Shown here: one piece after another, positions 1 to 8,257 of the stretch
Layout of the letters: the number at the start of each line of letters is the position of its first letter
Position numbering within the stretch: the stretch's first letter is position 1
Assembly (NCBI GenBank): GCA_900234795.1
Contig: LT962688.1
Location: 5,190,001-5,222,000 of the forward strand
Source of the DNA: Methylorubrum extorquens
GTDB lineage: Bacteria > Pseudomonadota > Alphaproteobacteria > Rhizobiales > Beijerinckiaceae
DNA: 32,000 nt
Direction: 5' to 3'
Position numbers and translations under genes: made by a program
The notes under the pieces: model-generated
The model's database searches: none
The model's input: only the letters and a program-made list of their open reading frames with translations
Told to the model about the DNA's origin: nothing

Positions 1-15
1 ATTCATGTTAAGAGG

Positions 16-294
16 TCATTCCGCTTTGCGGAGGATGTCTTTTTCGACCTCGGCCGCGAGCACCCGATACTCGCACGTCCGATCTGGTGCGGCTGGGTCG
101 TTCGACTTCGCCCAGAACTCCACCGCGGCGCACGCCGCCTCGTAGGCCTCGCACAGTTCCAGGAAGTAGGGGTCATCCGCGGCCAGACGGCGGAACGCGG
201 CACGGCGCTGCGGGTGCCGGAGCATGAGCCTCGCCAGGCCGCGTCGTTCAGAACAACCCATCGCAGTCTCTGGGCAGGAAAGCTGTCCGCGCAA
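16..294 (-). CDS. hypothetical small protein (start codon uncertain)
   Basis: 92-codon ORF from the track with no motif I recognise. A possible internal start lies at MLRHPQRR. It sits at the window edge next to recombinase debris. Confidence 0.3.
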   Translation of the reverse strand: MRGQLSCPETAMGCSERRGLARLMLRHPQRRAAFRRLAADDPYFLELCEAYEAACAAVEFWAKSNDPAAPDRTCEYRVLAAEVEKDILRKAE

Positions 295-597
295 GCCGGT
301 GACCCGTCATCATGCGCCTGGATGGCGCGTGCGGGGATTGTTACGGTTACGAAGCTAGAAGGGTTTCACGCTGCGGTGCATTCCCGTACGGCAACCTACC
401 GTCCCTCGCAGGGAACACGTGGACAGCCACTGCTAGGGAGCACTCTTCTGGATGTGGCTGCCTCTGGGTTGTCCGCTTAGTGGAGTGGAGCGGGCCTCTC
501 TGCTGGGACAGCGCAAGGTCCGGAAGGGGTCATTCGGCACCCTGGAGGGCGACCATCCTGCTGGCACGCCGCGGCCATTTCCACCGCGGCGTCCGGT

Positions 598-747
598 TCA
601 GATTTCGGTCTGCTCTGAGAGGATCAGCGCGTCGTCAACCTCAATGCCGAGATAGCGAACCGTGCTCTCCAGCTTGGTATGGCCAAGGAGCAGTTGGCAG
701 GCTCGGATATTGCCGGTGCGCTTATAGACCAGCGCGACCTTCGTGCT
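598..747 (-). pseudogene. C-terminal remnant of a tyrosine recombinase / phage-type integrase
   Basis: The last 49 codons of ORF 598..849 read STKVALVYKRTGNIRACQLLLGHTKLESTVRYLGIEVDDALILSEQTEI. This is the typical tail of tyrosine recombinases (LLGH motif followed by the catalytic-Tyr region VRYLG). All upstream catalytic and core-binding parts are absent. Confidence 0.6.
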
Positions 748-870
748 GTCCGAGCGAACATGCTCGGGCACGCCGCGCAGGATGAACAGGTCGGACAAGA
801 CGTCGATCACGTCGGCTGCCTTGAGCTTGCGCGCGACCCGGATCGCCAAGCACTCGCTGTGGATTGGCTT
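748..870 (-). pseudogene. IS3-family-like transposase (rve/DDE integrase-core) fragment, joined in frame to the integrase remnant
   Basis: In the same frame upstream: ..HSECLAIRVARKLKAADVIDVLSDLFILRGVPEHVRSD. This matches the start of the rve domain of IS3-type OrfB proteins (GVPE.IRSDNG). There is no proper start, no DDE triad, and an abrupt junction at about 747/748. Confidence 0.5.
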
Positions 871-1231
871 TGAAGCAGGGCCTAGGGAAAAACAGAAGTA
901 GAACGTTGTTATTGCGAGCAGAATCGAGAAGAAAACATAGGCCTGATCGGCGCCGATCGGGAGACCGCCTAAAACTAAAATTCGTCCGTTTGTTGGGGAT
1001 GTTACTCCCGCCCGAGAGGGGGCCGGTTCTACCCCTATCTACACGCGAGCTCAGCCTTGGCCGCCAGTGCCGGTATCAAGCGCCCGAGCATAGCCAGAAC
1101 AGCTATGATCGCTCGGCTTGGATCGGCACCTCGCCTCCATCGAGCTGAACAATGTCTACCTATTCCGGAACCTGAGGCGTGCGGCCGCGTAATTTATCAA
1201 GACTTCGGTGTTTCGGCCCTGAGGGGTTAGC

Positions 1232-1870
1232 ATGCGCTCCCGTTCGCTCGCTGCATTGTCGAGCTCGTTGCTGACGGCGGTGCTCTCTCTTCCTGCCGTG
1301 GCCGACGTCCGCATTAGGATCGATCAAACCAGCCAACGGATGTCTGTCTCCGTTGATGGGCAGCCGCTCTATCACTGGCCAGTGTCAACCGGATTGCAGG
1401 GACACAGAACCCCAAACGGATCATTCAGGGCCTTGCGACTGGAAAGGGTCTACTTTTCTCGCAAGTACGACAATGCACCGATGCCTCATGCCGTCTTCTT
1501 CACATCGGTCGGGCATGCGATTCATGGCACTCGGCACGTCAGACAGCTCGGCCGGGCGGCGTCGCACGGATGCATTCGCTTATCGCCCTCAAATGCTGCA
1601 GCACTGTTCAGCATCATCGAAGCTGAGGGTTCAGGAAACACACGGATAACAATAGTAGGAAGCGATCCACTGGTTGCCGGCAATAGAGCACGTGACTTTA
1701 GGACCGCGGCACATAGGCGGCGTTATGATTATAGTGCTGTGCCCGCAGGGTTGCAGATTCAGGCGGAACCCGTTCACGGCTATTACACTCGCGTTCCGGT
1801 CGGCCCATCCTACCGACACCCGGCATACGTGCCCTATGAGTTCGATCCGGGCGACGACAGCCTCGAGTAG
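1232..1870 (+). CDS. secreted L,D-transpeptidase (YkuD domain)
   Basis: N-terminal signal peptide MRSRSLAALSSSLLTAVLSLPAVA. YkuD catalytic signature HAIHGTRHVRQLGRAASHGCIRL (His ... SHGCIRL Cys). Confidence 0.85.
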   Translation: MRSRSLAALSSSLLTAVLSLPAVADVRIRIDQTSQRMSVSVDGQPLYHWPVSTGLQGHRTPNGSFRALRLERVYFSRKYDNAPMPHAVFFTSVGHAIHGTRHVRQLGRAASHGCIRLSPSNAAALFSIIEAEGSGNTRITIVGSDPLVAGNRARDFRTAAHRRRYDYSAVPAGLQIQAEPVHGYYTRVPVGPSYRHPAYVPYEFDPGDDSLE

Positions 1871-2051
1871 TGGGTACACCCGCAGCGGCTTCTCGGCGTT
1901 CCAGTTAGCAAGTTTTCGGAGACGGGGCTGTTCGCCTTCGTGTTCCTGGTCACCGCAGCAGATCACGCGGTGACTGGCTACAAACTGCTGGTCCCGTAGA
2001 TACGGCAAGCGCTGCCCGCCCAGTGCAGCGACTGAAGCGATCATAATTTGG

Positions 2052-2163
2052 CTAGATGTTTGATCCCAGGGTATGATGGTGCAGTCTCCTTCTGCGAGTG
2101 GAAGGACGCGCTATGGGGCAGGTTCAACACGGGAGCGCCACGAAGACAGCGGCAGTCCGTCGC
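2052..2163 (+). mobile_element. solo partial copy of the IS481-family left end (IR region plus about 22 codons of tnp)
   Basis: 2052-2163 aligns by eye with 2795-2903 at an offset of about 740-743 nt. For example, ctagatgtttgatccc vs ctagatgtgtggtccc, and tggaaggacgcgctatggggcaggttcaacac vs tggagggacgcgctatgggacaggttctccac. The peptide MEGRAMGQVQHGSATKTAAVRR parallels MEGRAMGQVLHGSATTTATVRR, and similarity ends after 2163. Confidence 0.6.
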
Positions 2164-2794
2164 GCAGACGTTCGACGGCCGCGTAGTGCGAAAGATCATC
2201 CATGCGCGACCTGCAGATCTAAAACGAGAGAAATAGAACGCATCATTAGCGCCGTTGACTCGCGGCTACTGAGAGCCGAGACACTGAATCACGTGCAGCT
2301 CTATCGCGGCGCGTTGCGTCGAGCTCATTGGCGACAGCTTATCAATCTTGTCTTGCAGATGCACATGCCGCGAAAGCTTAGATGAGCTGAGCATTGTCTC
2401 TTCCGATCCAGCGGTATCTTCATTCTCGCATCGCACTTGCGCGACGAGGCCTTGTGTCGGACGCACCTTCCGGAGATGATCGAGACCTACCGCCACCGCG
2501 TCACGTGTAAAGGCCCGCACGCCAGGAGACACGATGACCTGTGCAACTGAACGTGCGTCGCGACGTACCGGCCGGACATGGTTCTCGACCTGACCAGCGA
2601 AGACGCGTCGCGGGAGAGTTTCCTCGCCTACGCCGGCCGTCTTCGCGACGGCACCCTGGCCCACTCGAATGGCTCTAGGGCCGGGTGTGGCAGCCGGCTC
2701 CCGGCTGCCGCTTGAGGCTGACCCAATGCGCAAAGAGGGCTATATCGCCGCCGAGGAGGACGGCGTGCGGTCCTCCCAGGCCCTCTCCGCCGAT

Positions 2795-3950
2795 CTAGAT
2801 GTGTGGTCCCGCTGTGTGGTGTTACGACTGATGCCGCATGGAGGGACGCGCTATGGGACAGGTTCTCCACGGCAGCGCCACGACGACTGCGACGGTCCGT
2901 CGGGCAATCCAAGCTCGTCAAGAGAGCGTGAGGGCCGCTGCCAAGCGCTACGGCATCAGCCCCACGACGGTGCAGAAGTGGCGCTCACGCCAGACCAGCA
3001 CGGATGCACGGATGGGGCCGAAGGAGCCCCGCTCCAGCGTGCTCAGCCTGGAGGACGAGGCGGTCATCGTCGCCTTCCGGCGGCACACCCTGCTGCCGCT
3101 CGACGACTGCCTCTACGCGCTGCAGCCGAGCCTTCCGCATCTGACCCGTTCGTCGCTGCATCGCTGCCTTCAGCGTCACGGCATCAGCCGCCTGCCGGAT
3201 GTGGACGGCGACAAGCCTAAGCGGTCGCGCTTCAAGGCCTACCCGATCGGCTACTTTCACATCGACATCGCACAGGTCAGCACGGAACAGGGCAAGCTGC
3301 ACCTGTTCGTGGCCATCGATCGCACGAGCAAGTTCGCATTCGTTCAACTGCACGAGAAGGCGACTCAACGGATCGCGGCAGCCTTTCTACACGATCTGGT
3401 CGCCGCCGTGCCGTACACGATCCACACGGTGCTAACGGATAATGGCATCCAGTTCACCGACAATCATCCGGTGGACGAGGAGGCCGAGGCCAAGGCGGCA
3501 GCTTATTGGGCCGAACGCGACGAGCCACGCATCTACCGCTGGCACTCGTTCGAGTGGGCCTGCGAGCAGACCAAGATCGAGCATCGCCTGACCAAGCCGC
3601 GCTGCCCGTGGACGAATGGCCAAGTCGAGCGGATGAACCGCACCATCAAGGACGCCACGGTCAAGCGCTACCATTACGCCAGCCACGACGAGCTCCGGAT
3701 GCACCTGCAGCTGTTCGTGGATGCCTACAACTACGGCCGCCGGCTCAAGACCCTGCGCGGCCTCACGCCCTACGAGTTCATCTGCCAGATCTGGACGAAA
3801 GAACCCGAACGCTTCAGGCTCGACCCGTCACACCACATGCCGGGACCGAACACGGGGGGTCATGAGGCACGCTGACTGCAGGCGGTTTCGGCGTCTGCAG
3901 GTGGACTACGGATACCTGCTTCTGACAATCCTGAGCGCCGCGCGGTCCTC
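2795..3950 (+). mobile_element. IS481-family insertion sequence (left end about 2795-2799; right end approximate, no clean IR found)
   Basis: Contains a complete IS481-type transposase gene. The left boundary is inferred from the point where the duplicated left-end copy starts to align (CTAG then ATGTGTGG..). The right boundary is set by the start of ISL3 transposase homology at about 3954. Confidence 0.65.
2853..3875 (+). CDS. IS481-family DDE transposase
   Basis: N-terminal HTH (GSATTTATVRRAIQ..AAKRYGISPTTVQKW). DDE integrase core with YFHIDIAQV, VLTDNGIQFT and PWTNGQVERMNRTIKD. GGAGG lies 7 nt upstream of the ATG at 2853; the track ORF starts at 2838. Confidence 0.9.
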   Translation: MGQVLHGSATTTATVRRAIQARQESVRAAAKRYGISPTTVQKWRSRQTSTDARMGPKEPRSSVLSLEDEAVIVAFRRHTLLPLDDCLYALQPSLPHLTRSSLHRCLQRHGISRLPDVDGDKPKRSRFKAYPIGYFHIDIAQVSTEQGKLHLFVAIDRTSKFAFVQLHEKATQRIAAAFLHDLVAAVPYTIHTVLTDNGIQFTDNHPVDEEAEAKAAAYWAERDEPRIYRWHSFEWACEQTKIEHRLTKPRCPWTNGQVERMNRTIKDATVKRYHYASHDELRMHLQLFVDAYNYGRRLKTLRGLTPYEFICQIWTKEPERFRLDPSHHMPGPNTGGHEAR

Positions 3951-3953
3951 CTG

Positions 3954-4218
3954 ATGCTCTTCGTCGTTGCGCGGGTCCAGGCGGCCGGTCTCGCGGCGTT
4001 CGAGGAGGGGCTGGACGAGGCCCGAACGGGCGGTGCTCGGGTGGTCGAGTGCTTCGTCGCCAGGCTCGATCAGGACGAAGCTGCCGTCCGTGCCGGCCTG
4101 CACCTCCCGTGGAGCGGCGAGCAAGTCCTGGGTCAGGTCAATCGCCTCAAGCTGCTGAAGCGCTCCAAGTACGGTCGCGCCAAGCTCGACCCGCTTCGCA
4201 GGTTCCTCCTCGCAGGAG
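3954..4218 (+). pseudogene. ISL3-family transposase C-terminal fragment
   Basis: The peptide ..LAAFEEGLDEARTGGARVVECFVARLDQDEAAVRAGLHLPWSGEQVLGQVNRLKLLKRSKYGRAKLDPLRRFLLAGG matches the conserved ISL3 C-terminus (..AV.AAL..PWSNG..EGQINRLK.LKR.MYGRA..DLL..R.L). Only the last 85-90 codons or so are present, starting right after the IS481 element. Confidence 0.6.
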
Positions 4219-4481
4219 GATCCACCAGACGCGAAGACGAGCCCCCCTGGGGCCGGATCAAATCACCTCTGCGGTCCCGGCGGCTGCGTATCTGGCCCCG
4301 ATCGTCCAACGCGCTGCGTCAGCACGAAATCCGACACGCATGCGGTTGCGCTTCACGCGGTCCTGCGGGAGCCGCATCAATCCCGCGGGATGACTGCCGA
4401 CGCAACATCGAGCCAAGGTATAGATGCTTTACGAGAATGAAGGTGACTGAGATAGTACATTGCGGGGTCGCGAGGTACGCA

Positions 4482-5717
4482 ATGTCCGATTTTGGCTTGG
4501 CACCACAGGCAACCCTGCCGTCCCGCCGCTCCCTGCTAGCCTTCACCGCCTGCAGTGCGCTGACCGCCAACCTCCCGGGTTGCGCCCTCCCGACGCGGCT
4601 CGCCGCCGTGCCACGCGGTTGCGCGAGTACCGCAACGGTCCTCGGCGTGCCGAACGAGCGATTCTTCCCGACCGAGGCCAGGGGCCAGGCCGCGCTCCAG
4701 CGGGAATTCATCGAGGCTGTCGAGCGCCAGGTCGTGTCGCGCGACATCCAGCCGACGACGCCGCTGCCTGATTTGGACCTGCTCGGCCTCTCGGGCGGTG
4801 GTGAGAACGGGGCCTTTGGCGCCGGGCTCCTCAATGGTTGGACCGAGCGTGGCGACCGACCGAGCTTTTTCCTGGTCACAGGCATCAGCACCGGCGCGTT
4901 GAGCGCCCCCTTCGCCTTCCTTGGCAGCTCCCGCGACGCGCAACTGAAGAGCGTGTTCACTGACATCACATTGGCGGACGTAATGCTGGAGCGCTTCTAC
5001 ACCGCGGCAATCTTGGACGATGCCATGGCGGACAACAGCCCGCTGTTCCGCACGATTTCCCGCTACCTCGACGAGACGATGCTGGCCGAGATCGCCCAGG
5101 CCTATGCCGATGGCCGGCTGCTGCTGGTTGGCACCTCCAATCTGGACGCGCAAACCCCGGTGATCTGGAACATCGGCGCCATCGCGCAGAGCGGCCATGT
5201 GAGGGCCTTAGATACGGTGCGGCGGATTCTAGTGGCTTCCGCTGCCATTCCCGGCGCCTTCGCCCCGGTGTTGTTCGACGTGACGCTGAACGGGCAGCCC
5301 TTTCAGGAACTGCATGTGGACGGCGGGGCTTTCGCCCAGCTCTTTCTATATCCTGCCAGCGTCTCGCGGTTCCGGCGCGAGCGGCTGGCGCGCGGGCAGC
5401 CGACGGCGTCGGCCCGGGCCTGGGTGATCCGCAACGGCCGGCTGGACCCTGAATGGGCCTCGACGGAGCGTCGGACGCTCGGCATCGTCGGTCGCGCGAT
5501 TACCGCTATGATCGCCGCCAGCGGATACAACGACGTGTTGCGAATTCACGCCGCCGCCGAGCGCGACGGGGTGGACTACAACCTGGCTTTCATCGGGCCG
5601 GACTTCACGCTGGAGCGCAACAAGCCGTTCGACCCATCCTACATGCGCCCGCTGTATGAATATGGCCGGCAGCGCGTCCTGCGTGGCGATGCCTGGATGA
5701 AGCAGCCTCCGATTTGA
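4482..5717 (+). CDS. patatin-like phospholipase, predicted Tat-exported lipoprotein
   Basis: Oxyanion-hole motif LSGGGENGAFGAG. Nucleophile elbow GISTGA (G-x-S-x-G). Catalytic Asp in HVDGGAF. The N-terminus MSDFGLAPQATLPSRRSLLAFTACSALTANLPGC has an RR motif plus an LPGC lipobox. An alternative start lies at 4437, and the track ORF 3954..5717 is a read-through from the ISL3 remnant. Confidence 0.85.
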   Translation: MSDFGLAPQATLPSRRSLLAFTACSALTANLPGCALPTRLAAVPRGCASTATVLGVPNERFFPTEARGQAALQREFIEAVERQVVSRDIQPTTPLPDLDLLGLSGGGENGAFGAGLLNGWTERGDRPSFFLVTGISTGALSAPFAFLGSSRDAQLKSVFTDITLADVMLERFYTAAILDDAMADNSPLFRTISRYLDETMLAEIAQAYADGRLLLVGTSNLDAQTPVIWNIGAIAQSGHVRALDTVRRILVASAAIPGAFAPVLFDVTLNGQPFQELHVDGGAFAQLFLYPASVSRFRRERLARGQPTASARAWVIRNGRLDPEWASTERRTLGIVGRAITAMIAASGYNDVLRIHAAAERDGVDYNLAFIGPDFTLERNKPFDPSYMRPLYEYGRQRVLRGDAWMKQPPI

Positions 5718-6204
5718 GATGCGCCGAGGTCAGCCAGGGCCCAGGCAACACCGCTCCTTGGGAGAACATTGATCATTGAACTCGTCGCGTCACCACGAAA
5801 TCCGAAACATGCGCGCATTAGCGGACCCGTCCTCCCGCCGCCGCGTCTACGCCCGATTTCAACATGACGCAATTCGTGGTTGAGCATCATGCATTCCCGA
5901 CTGACCGGCCGTTACAGCGCTCGGCGCAAGGGGCGCGCCGTAGAGGAAGAACAGCAGCACCACCGCCGCGAAAACCGCGGCGCCCGCGACCTGCGCACGC
6001 TCACCCCGCGCAGGCGCTGACCACTGCAAAGCTTGGCAGTCATCCAAGTCTGAGTGCAAGCAGCCCAATCCAGTGTTGCTTGCGGCCCTTACCGCTGCTC
6101 GACTGATGACCGCGTCCCGACCGATCAAGCAGTGCACGAAGAACCTGCAACAATGGAATGGCCGTGTCGGTCCACTGGGCCGAGACACGGCAGAGGAGAT
6201 GACG

Positions 6205-6423
6205 ATGCCATATCTGAGACTTGCAGGGCTCTCCATCGCTGCGGCGCTTGCGCTTGGAGCGGGAAGCGGAGCACAGGCAGCCCCACTCAGCGCGTTTCGC
6301 CCCACAGTTGAAGCGTCTGCTGGTGCCTCCGAGCTCGTCGTCAAGACGCAAACCCACGGAATGGATCGTCGGGGAGATCGAAGGACCGATCGGCAGGACC
6401 GTAGGAACGACCGGCGCCGCTGA
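6205..6423 (+). CDS. small secreted protein with Asp/Arg-repeat C-terminal tail
   Basis: GAGGAG lies 6 nt upstream of the ATG at 6205. Signal peptide MPYLRLAGLSIAAALALGAGSGAQA. Tail HGMDRRGDRRTDRQDRRNDRRR. No family recognised. Confidence 0.45.
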   Translation: MPYLRLAGLSIAAALALGAGSGAQAAPLSAFRPTVEASAGASELVVKTQTHGMDRRGDRRTDRQDRRNDRRR

Positions 6424-6556
6424 TACCAGCCGTTGAACTGCGAAAGCGGGCCGCTGCCCACGATCACCGAACGTGGGCGAGAGAGAGGTTCGCACTCAGG
6501 CGACTTTGTGCGGCGGTTCGCCTTCATTCGGCTTAGCGGCAAGGCGCTGGAGGAAG

Positions 6557-6961
6557 ATGACCATGAAGCAGCCGCCCACGCTGACTGGAGAGCTTCGCCA
6601 GTACCTTCACGCCGCAGTGACCCGACAGCGCTGCAAGGCGGAAAAGGTGGCGCGCCAGATGTTGGTGAACCGCCGCACCCTGAGCCGTCAGCTGAGAGCC
6701 GAAGGCACCAGCTTCAAGCGGCTCAGCAACGAGGCGCAGTTCCGGGTGGCCAAGGACCTTTTGGCCGATACCAGCATGGCTATTGGGCACATCTCGACGG
6801 CTCTGGGCTTCTCCCAGCCCGCTGCCTTCACGCACGCCTTCCGGCGCTGGTCGGGCCTGACGCCCAGCACGTGGCGGCAGGTGCACCGACCGAAGACTAA
6901 GCGCGACGAAAACCACGACGATCCTCGCCCACACGGGAGCAAGCGCTGGAGCCGGACCTGA
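6557..6961 (+). CDS. AraC-family HTH domain-only protein (no N-terminal sensor domain)
   Basis: GGAGGA upstream of the ATG at 6557. Double-HTH region ..KAEKVARQMLVNRRTLSRQLRAEGTSFKRL..AKDLLADTSMAIGHISTALGFSQPAAFTHAFRRWSGLTPSTWR, typical of the AraC/XylS C-terminal domain. Only about 134 aa. Confidence 0.7.
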   Translation: MTMKQPPTLTGELRQYLHAAVTRQRCKAEKVARQMLVNRRTLSRQLRAEGTSFKRLSNEAQFRVAKDLLADTSMAIGHISTALGFSQPAAFTHAFRRWSGLTPSTWRQVHRPKTKRDENHDDPRPHGSKRWSRT

Positions 6962-7177
6962 CGTTCCAGTACGGCTTGGCCTGGTGAGCCCCGGATGCGC
7001 AGTCTGGGTATTCTGGAGGCCAAACTCGCGTCATGACAGCCAAGCCCGGTCCTCCAACACGGCGTCCGGCAGATGTGAAAATCTTAGCCTCTGACGAGCC
7101 GCCTCGAGATATAGTCTCGTGCCTCCCCGCAACTGGCGGCCTCGCCTTCGACCTCGATCAGGTTTTGCTGTAGGAAT

Positions 7178-8257
7178 TTGAAACCAAGAAATCAGTGGTT
7201 TCGGGCAACTGGGCAGGACCATGGCAGCGAAAACCGACTATCTCCAGCGCTCCGTCTCGCTTTTGGCGTGACCGCCTGCTTCACGCTTGTCGAGGCGCTC
7301 GGTCTGGACGCGACGTTCGTGGCGCCGATGCTGACGGCGCAGCTGCTCACGAAGCTGCGGCAGCCCCTGAGCCTGCCCCAGGGCCTCTCCATCGTCGTCC
7401 TGATTGGATTGTCGACGGGAGCGGTCCTCGCGATCACGACGTCACTCCTCAGCCACCCCGCTGTCCTGATCCTCACCCTCGCACTGCTGCTCTATCTGTC
7501 GTTCTACGCCCACCTGAGGGGCGCACCCAGCCTCGTAATGCTCCTCATCCAGATCTCGGCGGTTTCCCTGCCGGTCCTCGCCGTCGCATCGCCCGCCTCC
7601 GCCGTGGGCTTCGCTGGTGTGCTTATCGTTGCTGGCTTGGTGGGGGTGCTGACGGCCTGGGTCGCGTTCGAAGTGTTCTCTGGAGACGCGACTGATACCG
7701 CACCTCAGGCGCCGGCAGACGCCTCGGATGCTCTCAGCCCGCGTGAGGCCGCACGGGACGCGCTCCTGAATACGCTCGTCCTGCTGCCAGTCCTGTTCGG
7801 GTTCCTCCTCGTCGAGATGGAACTCGCAGTAGTTGTACTGATTGTGATCGTGAACCTGCTCCGTCAGCACAATCCTCAACAGGGACAGCGCGCGGCGTTG
7901 GGTTTGATCCTCGGCAACCTCATCGGTGGTTTGGCGGCGGCGGCCTACAATCTGGTCCTGCTGAACAAGCCCCTCCCATTCTTCGTCACGGTCTGCCTCG
8001 CGGCGACGCTCGCCTTCGTGGGACGCATCGCGACCGCCGGCCCGCGTGCGCCGATCTACGTCATCGCTCTCGGAACCTTTATCCTCCTGCTGGGCCTCGG
8101 GATGACACCGTTGCCGGGCGGTAGCGGCGAGGCCTTCATCACGCGGCTCGTCAACGTCCTGTTGGCCTCCGCTTATGCCGTTGGGGCGATCTCGGTCCTG
8201 GAGTTCTGGCACGTTCGACCAATCCACGACACGCCCATCGGGCCCAGCGCACGATGA
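7178..8257 (+). CDS. polytopic inner-membrane protein, DUF2955 / FUSC-like
   Basis: The N-terminus ..ALRLAFGVTACFTLVEALGLDATFVAPMLTAQLLTKLRQPLSLPQGL fits the DUF2955 pattern as I remember it. There are many hydrophobic helices. The start is TTG in the track and is uncertain. Confidence 0.55.
   Translation: MKPRNQWFRATGQDHGSENRLSPALRLAFGVTACFTLVEALGLDATFVAPMLTAQLLTKLRQPLSLPQGLSIVVLIGLSTGAVLAITTSLLSHPAVLILTLALLLYLSFYAHLRGAPSLVMLLIQISAVSLPVLAVASPASAVGFAGVLIVAGLVGVLTAWVAFEVFSGDATDTAPQAPADASDALSPREAARDALLNTLVLLPVLFGFLLVEMELAVVVLIVIVNLLRQHNPQQGQRAALGLILGNLIGGLAAAAYNLVLLNKPLPFFVTVCLAATLAFVGRIATAGPRAPIYVIALGTFILLLGLGMTPLPGGSGEAFITRLVNVLLASAYAVGAISVLEFWHVRPIHDTPIGPSAR

Noticed and set aside
295-597. 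Possible structured RNA or group II intron fragment next to the integrase remnant (ccgtacgg-containing stretch)
   Set aside because: I could not fold a domain-V-like hairpin or find the AGC/GNRA features. The resemblance is superficial.
1631-2044. 137-aa minus-strand ORF overlapping the 3' end of the L,D-transpeptidase gene
   Set aside because: It overlaps a well-supported gene by about 240 nt, and the non-overlapping part (1871-2044) has no recognisable features.
2266-2733. 155-aa minus-strand ORF between the two IS481 left-end copies
   Set aside because: I recognise no motif. It could be a gene remnant or a spurious ORF, and there is not enough support to annotate it.
3954-5717. Single 587-aa protein as given in the ORF track
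   Set aside because: It is a read-through with three parts. The first 88 codons or so are an ISL3 transposase tail. The next 75 codons or so have no features. The patatin-like protein then has its own Met with RR/lipobox signal at 4482.
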